A stretch of 38,645 nt of DNA from Octopus sinensis (GCF_006345805.1 NW_021831912.1:1-38645), one strand, 5' to 3'. Shown: positions 1 to 11,820, numbered from the stretch's first letter. Program-made: numbers and translations. Notes: generated by a model from the letters alone, not told the origin.

Positions 1-771
1 CCATTCCTGCGCCTATATGGTAAAAAAGAAATTGCTTTTAACATATGAATTGGTATGTATTGCAAGAAACAGCTAAGTTCCTTTCACTAACGTTTTACAT
101 CGTTCAACTCACCCAAGTTAATGCATGAAAATCAAAATAGGATTTTTCAAAATGTTTCTATAAAACTATTTTTGAAACGTCGAATGACTATGAGAATCCA
201 CCAGAATATGATAGAAATCAAAAGGGAATATAGATTTTTAAAATGGTTGAGAACCCGTGATATAGACAGCCATCGCTGACCACTGACGGATTGCCAATGA
301 TGTATAGTGGAAAGTGTTAATTTTAAAACAAATATTTAGCAGACGCAGTTGCCTTCGAAGATTATGTCTGTTTTTAAACATTTTGTCATACTTCTTAATT
401 CGTTTTAATTATTAATTACCGAAGTTCATTTATATTTCAAGATCTTGTTCGCATCTTTCGAAAGAACTCTACAATATAACATTCATACACGCGCGCGCAC
501 GCACTCATGCACCACACCACCCTTCCGTCTGGCCACCCACACGTTTATATGTAGGTATATAGAATATAATATATATAGATATATATATTATATATATTAT
601 ATATATATTATATATATACGCGTATTTACTTCTTGTAAATATATACGCACTTCCACACACGTACGGCCACACATGTGTACATATACAAGTGCATAGAAGC
701 AAAAATATCTGAATAAAATAATTTCGTAAACACATATACACGCTCATACACACACATACAAACGGGGACAT

Positions 772-950
772 ATATATACATATATGTATGTATGTATATA
801 TAATATATGTATATATATTGTATATAACATATATGATTATATATATATATGTATATAATATATATATATATATAAATATATAATATATATATATATATAT
901 ATAATATATATATATAATATATATATATATTATATATATATTATATATGT
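772..950. repeat. (TA)n microsatellite (representative of dozens of (TA)n, (CATA)n, (CA)n, (GA)n, (GGAT)n, (TAG)n and (AAT)n tracts)
   Basis: Direct inspection. These tracts explain most YI/IHT/VCV ORFs in the track. Confidence 0.95.
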
Positions 951-1104
951 AAATGGATGAATGAATATCCTTTGTTTACAGTTAACAAGGAAAATGCAAT
1001 AAACAGTTACCATGGTAGCAAAATTCACGCAAGTAACAAGGATGTACCGACCTATTCAAACGTAGAAGCTCCAGGTTAATGTGAATATTTTGTATAGTAT
1101 ACGT

Positions 1105-1238
1105 AAATAAATGGAGTTGAACGCAGTGTTATTCAAATTCTTTTACTTTCGACATATGTTTCGAAGACAACTACATTATTTTACACCGTTTATATTCCTT
1201 TGGAATAAAACCAATGATGTCTTCAACTCCATTTATTT
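1105..1238. repeat. 134-bp element with 17-bp terminal inverted repeats and the 3' half of an HHR on the minus strand
   Basis: AAATAAATGGAGTTGAA (1105-1121) and its reverse complement (1222-1238). The minus strand has GAAGAC/GTCTTC stem II, GAA, ACATATGT, C, but no CUGANGA. Homologous to 8887-9030. Confidence 0.6.
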
Positions 1239-1243
1239 ACTTA

Positions 1244-1305
<62 letters not shown>

Positions 1306-1324
1306 AGATATATATCTATATATA

Positions 1325-1370
<46 letters not shown>

Positions 1371-1411
1371 ATATATATTACGCGAGAAAGAAGCAACAAG
1401 AATGGATAGGT

Positions 1412-1501
1412 TTTTAGTACAATCGTTTCATACAAGGGACAGGCTTTATTAAAAGTTGCAAAAATTGCAGCATATAAAGTGTCTTTACTCATCAGCTAAA
1501 A
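1412..1501 (-). ncRNA. Type I hammerhead ribozyme (left arm of foldback)
   Basis: Reverse-complement copy: TTTTAG CTGATGA GTAAAGACAC...TGTCCCTTGTAT GAA ACGATTGT A CTAAAA. Stem II is weaker than in the right-arm copy. Confidence 0.72.
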
Positions 1502-2592
1502 TACATGTGAGTTCTCTAGAACATCCTAGTGGTTGAGGCTATACTCATGAAGTAATGTAGATAATTAAGTAACATAAACAGATTTCCAAAGTTCATTAAA
1601 GTTCTTTAAAAATGATGTACAGTCTTATCACAGAATTTTAAAAAAGTTTTAATAGCATCACAGAGAAGGTGACTTAATCCATAGTGTACATATGAATTTC
1701 CAGAGATATGAGGAGGGATTACATACTCACAGACGAGAAATTTATCCATTGCTAATCACAACGAGGTGGGTTTCAATTCCTGCTTATTAGCATTACCGAG
1801 AGGGTGAATTAATCCTTTGTATAGATGCACAATTCCAATGGTGTAGATGTAAATTTCCAGAGAAATGAAGAGGAATTTCATATTCACAGGCGATAAATTT
1901 TTCAATGTGTTGAAAACAATGAGGTGGGTATCAATTCTTGCTATATTGATTAGGTATTGCCACATTAATCACATACTGCTATTTTCAAGAGACTGTAGCT
2001 ATTTAACTTTTAAAGGCTGAAGGGCTTTCTAGAGAGGCAAAGAACAGAAAAGCTGTTCTTTGCCTCTCTAGAAAGCCCTTCAGCCTTTAAAAGTTAAATA
2101 GCTACAGCTCTTGAAAATAGCAGTAATGTGATTAATGTGGAAAATACCTAATCTATAGCAAGAATTGATACCCACCTCATTGTGTTCAACCATTGATAAA
2201 TTTATCGCCTGTGAATATGAAATTCCTCTTCATTTCTCTGGAAATTTACATCTACACCATTGGAAATTTGTGCATCTATACAAAGGATCAATTCACCCTC
2301 TCGGTAATGCTAATAAGCAGGAATTGAAACCCACCTCGTGTGATTAGCAATGGATAAATTTCTCGTCTGTGAGTATGTATCCCTCCTCATATCTCTGGAA
2401 TTCATATGTACACTATGGATTAAGTCACCTTCTCTGTGATGCTATTAAAACTTTTTAAAATTCTGTGATAAGACTGTACATCATTTTTAAAGAACTTTAA
2501 TGACTTTGGAAATCTGTTTATGTTACTTAATTATCTACATTACTTCATGAGTATAGCCTCAACCACTAGGATGTCTAGAGAACTCACATGTA

Positions 2593-2681
2593 TTTTAGCT
2601 GATGAGTACGGGACACGTTTATATGCTGCAATTTTGCAACTTTTAATAAAGCCTGTCTTGTATGAAACGATTGTACTAAAA
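2593..2681 (+). ncRNA. Type I hammerhead ribozyme (right arm of foldback)
   Basis: Stem I TTTTAG/CTAAAA; core CTGATGA (2599-2605); stem II GTACGGGACA/TGTCTTGTAT (10 bp with G-U pairs) plus an inner extension; GAA; stem III ACGATTGT (self-complementary with G-U); predicted GUA cleavage after 2675. Confidence 0.8.
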
Positions 2682-2882
2682 ACCTATCCATTCTGTTGCT
2701 TCTTTCTCGCTTATAATCACACCACATTACTGTATTGTTAAAACCGTATAGTTTGTTTTGGTGCATCTAAGTTAGGTACCATATTCAAGTAAATTCATTT
2801 AAATTAACTTGAATCTTTATTGCTTTATATATATATAATCTGCTTCCATCTCCTCGCATTATAATAAGATACTAATATATGG

Positions 2883-2949
<67 letters not shown>

Positions 2950-2954
2950 AATCT

Positions 2955-3310
2955 CTCTTTACTCTTTTACTTGTTTCAGTCATTTGAGGCGGCCATGCTG
3001 GAGCACCGCCCTTTTAGTACTTATTCTATCGGTCTCTTTTGCCGAACCGCTAAGTAACGGGGACATAAGCTCACCAGCATCGGTTGTCAAGCAATGCTAG
3101 GGGGACAAACACAAACACACACATACATACATATATATATATATATACGACAGGCTTCTTTCAGTTTCCGTCTACCAAATCCACTCACAAGGCTTTGGTC
3201 GGCCCGGGGCTACAGTAAGACACTTGCCCAAGATGCCACGCAGTGGGAACTGAACCCGGACCCATGTGGCAGGTAGACAAGCTACTTACCACACAGCCAC
3301 TCCTGCGCCT
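2955..3310 (-). mobile_element. tRNA-derived SINE, family 1 (octopus-type)
   Basis: Minus-strand head AGGCGCAGGAGTGGCTGTGTGGTAAG (A box), B box GGTTCAGTTCC, central CTTGGGCAAGTGTCTT, internal (TA)/(TG) tract and 3' body. About ten copies in the window. Confidence 0.88.
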
Positions 3311-3520
3311 ATATATATATATTCTTTCCTTTTTTCTCTCCTTTTTATCTCTCCTTTTTTCTCTCCTTGTTTTTTTTCTGTGTCCCTTTCTGTAGAAGAG
3401 CGTAGGCTCGAAAGATAAAGACTTTTTCTACTCCTGAGCGTTATACTAATACATCTGTTTGTTTTGTACACCACCTGTCTTCGTCCTTTGTTTTTTTTTC
3501 GTAAACTCTCCCTATATATA
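3311..3520 (+). repeat. Dispersed repeat (pLTR-like) carrying a decayed HHR-like motif at 3386-3420
   Basis: Homologous to the reverse complement of 21575-21780. Contains CTTT CTGTAGA A GAGC-gtag-GCTC GAAA with a damaged stem III. Confidence 0.55.
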
Positions 3521-3530
3521 TATATATATA

Positions 3531-3790
3531 TAAAACTTACTTGGAAAAGGATGAGTGGCGTTGGAAAGATGGCTTCCATCTGATCACGTGTCAGTGACGA
3601 GAGAGTCGAGGAGGAAGAGGAGTAAGAGAGAAGGAACGTTGAAGGGGAGAGGAGGAGAATTGCGAAGGGTAGGAGAGAAAACCAGAAAGGATGAAGTACA
3701 AGAGAGGGGGAGAGATTGACAGAGGAGAAATAGTAAGTGCGCATCATAATTATTGAGATAAAACTTACTTGGAAAAGGATGCGTGGCGTT
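3531..3790. repeat. 228-bp unit bounded by 32-bp direct repeats in TA-rich sequence
   Basis: TAAAACTTACTTGGAAAAGGATG(A/C)GTGGCGTT at 3531-3562 and 3759-3790, with a purine-rich interior. Confidence 0.7.
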
Positions 3791-3845
3791 CGATCATAAT
3801 ATATAAATATATGCATATGCATACATATATGTACATACCTACATC

Positions 3846-3891
<46 letters not shown>

Positions 3892-4105
3892 CATGCATAT
3901 ATGGGTACAGGACATAAAAAAACGTGAACACGTATGTCTTGTACTGTTTTTTCGTTGTTTGAAAAAAAGTTCGTTTCAATGTTTTTGTTTTTGTTTTCGT
4001 TTCTCATTGTGTTCAATGTTTTTTGATGTCCTGTGCCCATATATGCATGTATATATACATATAGATGTAGATATATACATATATGTATGTATATATGTAT
4101 ACATT

Positions 4106-4138
<33 letters not shown>

Positions 4139-4180
4139 AATATGTATGTACGTATACATACATGCATATATATGTATATA

Positions 4181-4695
4181 TATAGTTTTCTAGGTATATA
4201 CACACACGCGCGCCCGCACACACCTCAAAAACTACTTCATTACACTTCATTACAGCGTGTTTACAAAGTCCTACAGCTGTACAGGCCTGATCGTTTGATC
4301 ATTTAGTAATTAGTAAATATACGATAGATTGACCAATATTCAATAAATCAATTTAATATATAAATGACTAACTCGTGTGTAGTTGTCAGGACTTTCAAGT
4401 AGTTTTAATGGATATTATTGGAAGGACACGGCTCTAATGTATTTATTTAATGTTCCTGGCAGGTATAATGTGATTTAACTATATCTATCTCCACCTGTTT
4501 CTGATGTACAATATTAAGGTATGCAGGTAGGTAGGTAGATAGACAAGGAAAAGGACACAGGAAAAGGTTATGATGATTGGCTGGCAGGTAAGGAAGCAAG
4601 GATGTTGCATTGTTAGAGAGGCAGGGTAAATGGATAGACTGTCATACAACCAGGTAAATGGATATATGTGTGTGTGTGTCTCTCTGAGTATGTGT

Positions 4696-4791
<96 letters not shown>

Positions 4792-4883
4792 TATAAATTT
4801 GTAAACATGCTGTAATGAAGTGTAATGAAGTAGTTTTGAGGGTGGTGCGTGCGCGCATGCGTGTATACACCTACAAAACTATA
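4181..4883. repeat. Inverted repeat pair (~87-bp arms, ~530-bp spacer)
   Basis: 4181-4267 matches the reverse complement of 4798-4883 (shared CTACTTCATTACACTTCATTACAGC). Confidence 0.8.
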
Positions 4884-4920
4884 TATATAGACAGACATAT
4901 ATATATATATATATATATAT

Positions 4921-4972
<52 letters not shown>

Positions 4973-5130
4973 TAGAGATATAACCACTATTATGCAACTC
5001 AACAGTAATAGGCATAAACCAAAACATAAATAACAAATAATATGTATTTTTATAAAACATATAACTTATAACTACATCTCAAAACGTATAAAAATGAATG
5101 ATCAATATATAATATAATAAGTAAAAAAAA

Positions 5131-5230
5131 AACTATGTACGTTTCATGGCTATAATTAAATTCTAATTACAATTAAGTTTAAATTCAATTGAAATAAATT
5201 TGATTTAAAATTATAGTCAATCTTCAGGTT
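5131..5230 (-). ncRNA. Decayed type I hammerhead within a (TA)n-anchored element (~4970-5240)
   Basis: AAC CTGAAGA TTGACTATAATT...AATTATAGCCAT GAA ACGTACAT A GTT. Stem I is only 3 bp, stem II has mismatches, and stem III is one change from the palindrome ACGTACGT. Confidence 0.5.
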
Positions 5231-7158
5231 AATGATAATAATTAAATAAATTAGCAAATAGGAAAGTCCAAAAGAAAAGGTAGAAGGAGAAAAAAATCAC
5301 CAACAGTCCACGTGTAGTTACTTATGTATGTATGTATGTATGTATGTATGTATGTATGTATGTATGTATGTATGTATGTATGCATGCATGCATGCATGCA
5401 TGTATGTATGTATGTATGTATGTATGTATGTATGTATGTATGTATGCTTGAAAACGCCCCACCGTCCATTGGATGGTGTAAGTTCGTGATTGGACTGGAG
5501 TCTAAAACAGTGTAATTCCGCTTCTGTCTGTGATGCTCTGGCGATCGAATTAGAGGCAGTATTGCGAGCACGTCGAAGCGTACATTGTTCTTCTGTCTCT
5601 CTTGTCTGCAAGAAACGCAAAACGGAAGCATTTTATGTTTTTCTAGCAATGTGACTCTTGCTTTTTCGAGGCATCCTATCGAAAATCTATAATTGAATGA
5701 ATCTTTAAATAAATCAAATTTACCTCGTTGTTGTTTGCAAGTACTAAATATGGTATTTCAACACAAAAGATTCTCATAACGCCAAAGCGCACAATTATTT
5801 ACAATGGTATTATAAGCACCAAATGGCATGTAGATGCGGACAGTTGTGAACGAGCATTCACATCCATAGACTCGTGTGGACAGAATGTATTTCGAGAAAA
5901 TCGATATTCTATCGACCAAAAGTGCAATTGTAATTAAAATGTAAACGATCGATGCAAACACCAGTGCACTGACAGGTAGCAGAAAAGGTAAAGAAAAGGT
6001 ATTTGTTAGAGATATCACACTTAAGTGCGAAATTTAAATAAAAGGAATGTGCAAATCGAAACGGTTTCTAGGACTGCTCTGAAAATGAAAAAAAGCAAAA
6101 ACTGGGCTTCCTTTGGGAAAATAAGATGTTAGCATTAAAACTACCTTTGGAAGTAATGAAAATTCTTTATAAATAAAGTTATTTAAGTTCAAGTAACCGG
6201 AAAACTTCAAATGGCATATAAGGTTCGGCAATATACGATGTTGACCGACAAAGTAGCAAACCTTGTAGATGAATAAGTTACCAGAACCGACCGAATAGTG
6301 TTTTTTTTTAGAATGTAGTTGATGAATTTGATCTGTAAATTTCGTAAAAATGATAGGAAGAACTTGCCAAAATATCATTCAATTATGCTTACTGATAAAA
6401 AAAATAGCTCATAATTTGAAACGTTGATACTAATATTCCTTCTTCATGAAATGGAATTAAAAAATAAACGCGTCAAATCAAATGAGTCACGCAAAAGTCG
6501 AAAAATACTGCTCATTTATTTGTTTTATATAAGAAACTGTTAGCTAAAGTTTTAGTTATTTGTCACCCAAATTTCCACATTTAATTACCAATCAATTTGT
6601 CTTTTTCTACTGTCAACTGAATTTTGTTGTGAGAAAATATTCACACGATTGATCGCCAATTACTGCCATTTATTCGTTAAAGTTAATATTTTATTTCATT
6701 TTTACTTATTCAAAATTGCCTTGCCTTCTCACTCTTTTGAGTCAGCTTATTTATTATTCATTTATTAAACAGAATGACATGTCTGGATGCACGTGTTCGA
6801 GAACAGTTCATTCTAGAATGATATCGATGTTTACTGCAATCACGTATGTTCTTTCATGAAATTGCTTAGAAAGCTTAATGCAATTAATACTCTGATGCTG
6901 ATTGGACGAAAATAACGGCTGTTCGTACGTGATTCACAGAATGATAGTCAATAAGCGCTATTGAAATTGTATTTTCCATCAAGATTTTGATTAAAAAAGG
7001 GCAAATCTTACTTTGAAACTAACGATTATGTTATGAAAATTAACTGACGTCATTTACTTTGGTGTAAAATTTCAGCGCGATTAGTTGAAAAATATGGCCG
7101 TTATAATCTTTTACACACACATATATACACACAGAACGGGATTTATATATTATGTATG

Positions 7159-7190
<32 letters not shown>

Positions 7191-7252
7191 TGTATGTATG
7201 TATGTATGTATGTATGTATGTATATCATCTCTGTAGCATAATGCACTGAAGC

Positions 7253-7355
7253 GTTCCCCTGAAGATCCGTTGTGGTTAAGCAGCTTCCAATTATACTTGG
7301 AACACCTAATATAGAGGTTCAAAACATCCACAACGGTGAAACGTACACAGGGAAC
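7253..7355 (+). ncRNA. Type I hammerhead, probably inactivated
   Basis: Stem I GTTCCC/GGGAAC; CTGAAGA (7259-7265); stem II CCGTTGTGG/CCACAACGG closed by a T-T mismatch; GAA; ACGTACAC A (U16.1 changed to C). Confidence 0.65.
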
Positions 7356-8419
7356 AAATATTCTAAACTAATGTTTATTTGTCATAATTTCTAATATATA
7401 TGGGTATATACATGTATTGGATGAATGAATGGACTGGATGGATGGATGGATGGATGGAGAGAGGGAGGGAGAGAGGAGGAGGGGGAGGGATGGAGGGAGA
7501 GAGTAAAGGAGAGTGAGAGTGGGAGGGAGAGAGTGAGTGAGGGAGGGAGGGGGTGGATGGATGGATGGGTGGATGGCGGGATCGATGGATCGATGGAAGG
7601 AAGGATGGATAGTTGGAAGGAGGAATTGCTCTATCGATTGATAGACAGAGAGATCGATAGAAAGGGGGGTGAGAGAGAGGAAGAGAGAGAGAGAGAGAGT
7701 ATGTCATTACTCAGGCAAGTAGGGCAGCAGAACGACTACAAGATAGACATATACAGCAGAACAGGTAGATAGAGAGGATGGCAGAAACACGTGACATTGC
7801 TTGATAGAAAAATATTTAGATAGGTAGGTACACAGCCGCTCAGGTAGACTTATAGAAATGTAGGTATTTAGACAAGCATGCAGATAGATAGAGGATAAAG
7901 TTAGTCACACAGGAGGGATGTCAGATATCTTGACTGACAAATAGACAAAATAGTTGAAGATTTAAACACTTAGATAGAAAGGAAGTGAGACAGGTAGAGA
8001 GACTGATGGAGGAGGAAACAGTGAGATGTATAGACATATATAGTCAAACAAATGTATTAACAGATTGTTATTGCACTATTCATAAATATTTTACTACTTT
8101 TTACTAGTTGCCAAATGAATGAATTATCGTTGGTGGTGGCCCTTAGTTACAGATCAACCATCATTTTCCGGCCTCTTTATATATAAAAAAAGTGTTTTTT
8201 TCTTTTCTAATGCGAAGTGACTTACAAGATTTGAATGCTATTTCTAGAAGTTCACTCGTTCACTCGTTGTGTCATACAAAAAACACAAAAAGAAAACTAC
8301 CCTTTAACAGGTAATTTTTACATGCTAGAAATAGCAGCTAACACGGCCAAAACCACGATTTAATAGCAATTTTCGAAGTAAATGAAAAATAAAAACTTTT
8401 ACCTTGTTATTTTTATTAG

Positions 8420-8530
8420 CGGTTATACCATGGTTTCGAATTTCTTTTGCAAATAAGATTACTTGCCATCCTTTAATAGGTAATTTAGCAAAACAATATT
8501 ATCCACCAGGCGAATTCTCGTCAGTAACCG
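8420..8530 (-). ncRNA. Type I hammerhead ribozyme, fully canonical
   Basis: Stem I CGGTTA/TAACCG; CTGACGA; stem II GAATT/AATTC (G10.1-C11.1) enclosing a structured extension; GAA; perfect palindrome ACCATGGT; GUA cleavage predicted between 8426 and 8425. Confidence 0.88.
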
Positions 8531-8839
8531 GCCTCAATGACTAACTTATAATTCAGAGACAAGATAACACGTGTCCCCTCATTATATGTTATAATTTTTC
8601 AAAATTCCGCGCGCAGGCGCATTTTCAGTCGGCAATAGAAAACAATGCCGAGTTGAATCTTCGAGAATGCTAAGAATATATTTATAAGATACATATATAG
8701 TACACTATTAAATGTACACTATTTTGAAATATGAATATGTTTTCTATTGACTATCTATATATGCTAGGCTACTGGTGGGTGATATTTATAACGAATATTC
8801 GCTACCCTATATAGTATCTATGAATTATATATATATCTA

Positions 8840-8893
<54 letters not shown>

Positions 8894-8924
8894 AATGGAG
8901 TTGAACGACGATTTAACAAAATTC

Positions 8925-9015
8925 CTTTATTCTCGACATATGTTTCGAAGGCTGCATATTCCTAATTTCGAAGGAATAAGGGGTGCATTATGCTGCCTTC
9001 TCATACTAGGATAAT
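8925..9015 (-). ncRNA. Decayed hammerhead in a ~145-bp (TA)n-flanked element (8887-9030)
   Basis: Stem II GAAGGC/GCCTTC with inner hairpin TATTCCT/AGGAATA; GAA; palindrome ACATATGT; GUC. The core is corrupted (CTAGTATGA instead of CTGATGA). Confidence 0.5.
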
Positions 9016-9269
9016 TCATTCAACTACTTAAATATATATATATATATAAGTTTTGAGGTATTTTTAGGAGAGACATCTGTAACTGTCCTACATTATGGTA
9101 ATTTAAGTATATCATTGATATACATATAATACGCTGACCTGCCAATTATTATTATCCTAGATTGAAGGAGACGGGCTGTAACTGCACTTTTAACATACTT
9201 TACTAAATATGGTTTGTCACGCCTTGACTAGTTTGTAGAAGGCAGTCGGGAGGTGAAGACAATTTGAAA

Positions 9270-9950
9270 GCTTGATATACAATGAAGTTTTGTGTTAAAC
9301 TGGGCCAAAATGCTACTAAGACTTATGAAATCAGGGGCGGACTGAGCCGTCTGTCAATTGGACACTGCCGGTGGGGGGGGGGCGTGCTCTACATGTTAAC
9401 TCTACTAAATCAATGCTAACGGGCCCGGTAAACAGCTATGCCCGAAGGTCCTTAATACTCTCAGTCCGACCCTGTATGAAATGCTCCACACTACTAACAG
9501 GTTCAGTTGTTTGAGCCGAACATCTGATTTTCGTTGACAAAAGTAGCTAGACAATGCAAATCTGCTGAGAAGCTTGTGACGATAATCTTTTCGGTAGCAA
9601 GGGAATCATTCATATTCACTGGGTTCTCTTTAGCCAGCCAGACGGTTAACAAAGAGTACTATATGGAGATTATGGGGGACCGAGAAGAGACTTCGTCGCA
9701 AAAGGTCAGAGCTGTTCAACTCGGGTCGGTAGCACCAGCGCCAATACAATGCACCAGTCTATAATTCCATTCTGGTGACAACCTACTTGAAAGGGATGCG
9801 CATCAAAGCTCGTTGACCCACGCTACAGTTCAAACCTTGCATCCTGTGACACTGGATTGTTTCCAAAGATGGAGAACTGCAGAATCATTTGTTTTGAAAG
9901 TCAGTGACTCGACGAAGAAGAAGAAAATTGTGAAAAGGGTTTTGCAGTAA
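9270..9950 (+). pseudogene. Decayed mariner (Tc1/mariner) transposase fragment
   Basis: Translates to MKFCVKLGQNATKTYEML (after removing the MITE), KVARQCKSAEKLVTII, SQTVNKEYYMEIM and YSSNLASCDTGLFPKME, which resemble mariner motifs (QTVNKEYY, YSPDLAPCD). Frameshifted and internally deleted. Confidence 0.85.
9332..9474. mobile_element. hAT-type MITE (143 bp) inserted in the mariner remnant
   Basis: 15-bp TIRs CAGGGGCGGACTGAG / CTCAGTCCGACCCTG (14/15 match). 8-bp TSD TATGAAAT at 9324-9331 and 9475-9482. Removing it restores the mariner frame. Confidence 0.9.
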
Positions 9951-10012
9951 TCACCGGTCTCTCTCTCTCTCTCTCTCAGTCTCTCTCTCTTTATATATAT
10001 ATCTACCTGTCT

Positions 10013-10051
<39 letters not shown>

Positions 10052-10298
10052 GAGAGGGACAGAGAGAAAAAGAATGAGAGAGCGAGAGGGTTATCCCTAA
10101 AGTAGATTTTTAATCTTTGACGTGAGATCAAAGAGATGCTGTGGGGGTTCATTGATATAACGTACTGTTGCTTTTTCTAGGCAAGTTTAAATCCTAAGTT
10201 CTTTGTGGATAATTATTTCGAGTGGAACAAGGATGTTTTAACCATAGACATTAAGGTTTAAGGTATACACTGTTCTATTACTGTAAAAATTATTAGAT

Positions 10299-10321
<23 letters not shown>

Positions 10322-10329
<8 letters not shown>

Positions 10330-10718
10330 GAGAAATAACCTCTATTAAGCAATTCAATAGTGAAAGATATTATCTATATTTATATATAAAAAATTTAAAT
10401 ATACTATAATAAATATTATTTTAAAAAAATCAATAAATTAAATAAACATTAAATTAAATAGATATGCCCGAGGATTCGAGGAGTGGCTATATTTTGGGAT
10501 CGAATTAATTTTAAATTGGATTAATTTGAATAGTATCGAGTTTATTATTATTGATTTAAAGATATAGTCACGAAACGCGCGTAGTCAATATAATGTTTAT
10601 TTAATTTATTGATTTTTAAAAATAATGTTTATTATAGTATATTAAAATGTTTTCTATATAATATAGATAATGTCTTTCACAATTGAATTACTTAATAAAG
10701 TTTATTTCTCTTAATTAT
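10322..10718. mobile_element. Foldback element (~130-bp arms) with a decayed HHR at 10550-10589 (+)
   Basis: 10322-10451 is inverted relative to 10591-10718. Motif: ATTGAT ttaaaga tatagtcac GAA ACGCGCGT A GTCAAT (core mutated, stem II largely deleted). (TA)n at the left end. Confidence 0.65.
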
Positions 10719-10876
10719 ATACATATATTATATATTGTGAAATTTGATTTAGAGATTGCTAAATTGAATTTTTCCTGTAAGTTTGGAACTATATTCCCTA
10801 CTATAATTATTAATGTATATATATGTGCGTATGTGTGTGTGTGTGTAAGTACGTACGTAAGTACATACATATATAC

Positions 10877-10924
<48 letters not shown>

Positions 10925-11179
10925 TATAATATATATACTATATATATAGATACACACACACACACCACACACATATATATATATATATATATAATATAAT
11001 ATATATATATATACTCAACAGTTGCGGTAGCTATAGAAAACTGGTGCTACTCATTTCCATACAATAATTGTAATACTTTAATTTTAAATATCAGGGGCTT
11101 ATGAACGAGGATCTTAGTCCACACACTATCAGGGTGATATAATATATGTAACGTATGTAGTAAATACATACACACATAC

Positions 11180-11339
11180 GCAGGTGAGGCTGTGTGGTAA
11201 GAAGCTTGCTTCCCAACCATAGGGTTCCGGGTTCAGTCCCACTGTGTGACATCTCGGGCAAGTGTCTTCTACTATAGCCTCGGGCCAACCAAATCCTTGT
11301 GAGTGGATTTGGTAGACGGAAACTGAAAGAAGTCTGTCG

Positions 11340-11401
<62 letters not shown>

Positions 11402-11602
11402 TGCCTGTGTTTGTCTCCCCACCATTGCTTTGACCGTCTATGTTGGTGTGTTTACGTCCCCGTAACTTAGCGGTTCGGCAAAAGAGAAACGATAGAATAA
11501 GTACTAGGCTTACAAATAATAAGTGCTGGGGTTGATTTTCTCGACTAAAAGGTGGTGCTCCAGCTAGGCCGCAGTCAAATGACTGAAATAAATAAAAGAA
11601 TA
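11180..11602 (+). mobile_element. tRNA-derived SINE, family 1
   Basis: Head GGCTGTGTGGTAAGAAGC, B box GGTTCAGTCCC, full body ending GACTGAAATAAATAAAAGAATA. Confidence 0.88.
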
Positions 11603-11776
11603 CGCACATACATACATACATACATACATACATACATACATACATGCATACATACATACATGCATACATACATACATACATACATATATACATACGTACA
11701 TACACACATACATACAGGTATGCATATAAACATACACAAATACATACATGCATACGGAGAGAGAGAGAGGGAGAGA

Positions 11777-11820
<44 letters not shown>

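Larger units (their letters stand above)
1382..2710. mobile_element. 1.33-kb foldback (palindromic) element with a hammerhead ribozyme near the outer end of each arm
   Basis: 1382-2047 is the reverse complement of 2053-2710 apart from scattered 1-2 nt indels. The centre is GGCAAAGAACAG-aaaag-CTGTTCTTTGCC (5-nt loop). The left end abuts a long (TA)n tract. No credible ORF. Confidence 0.85.
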
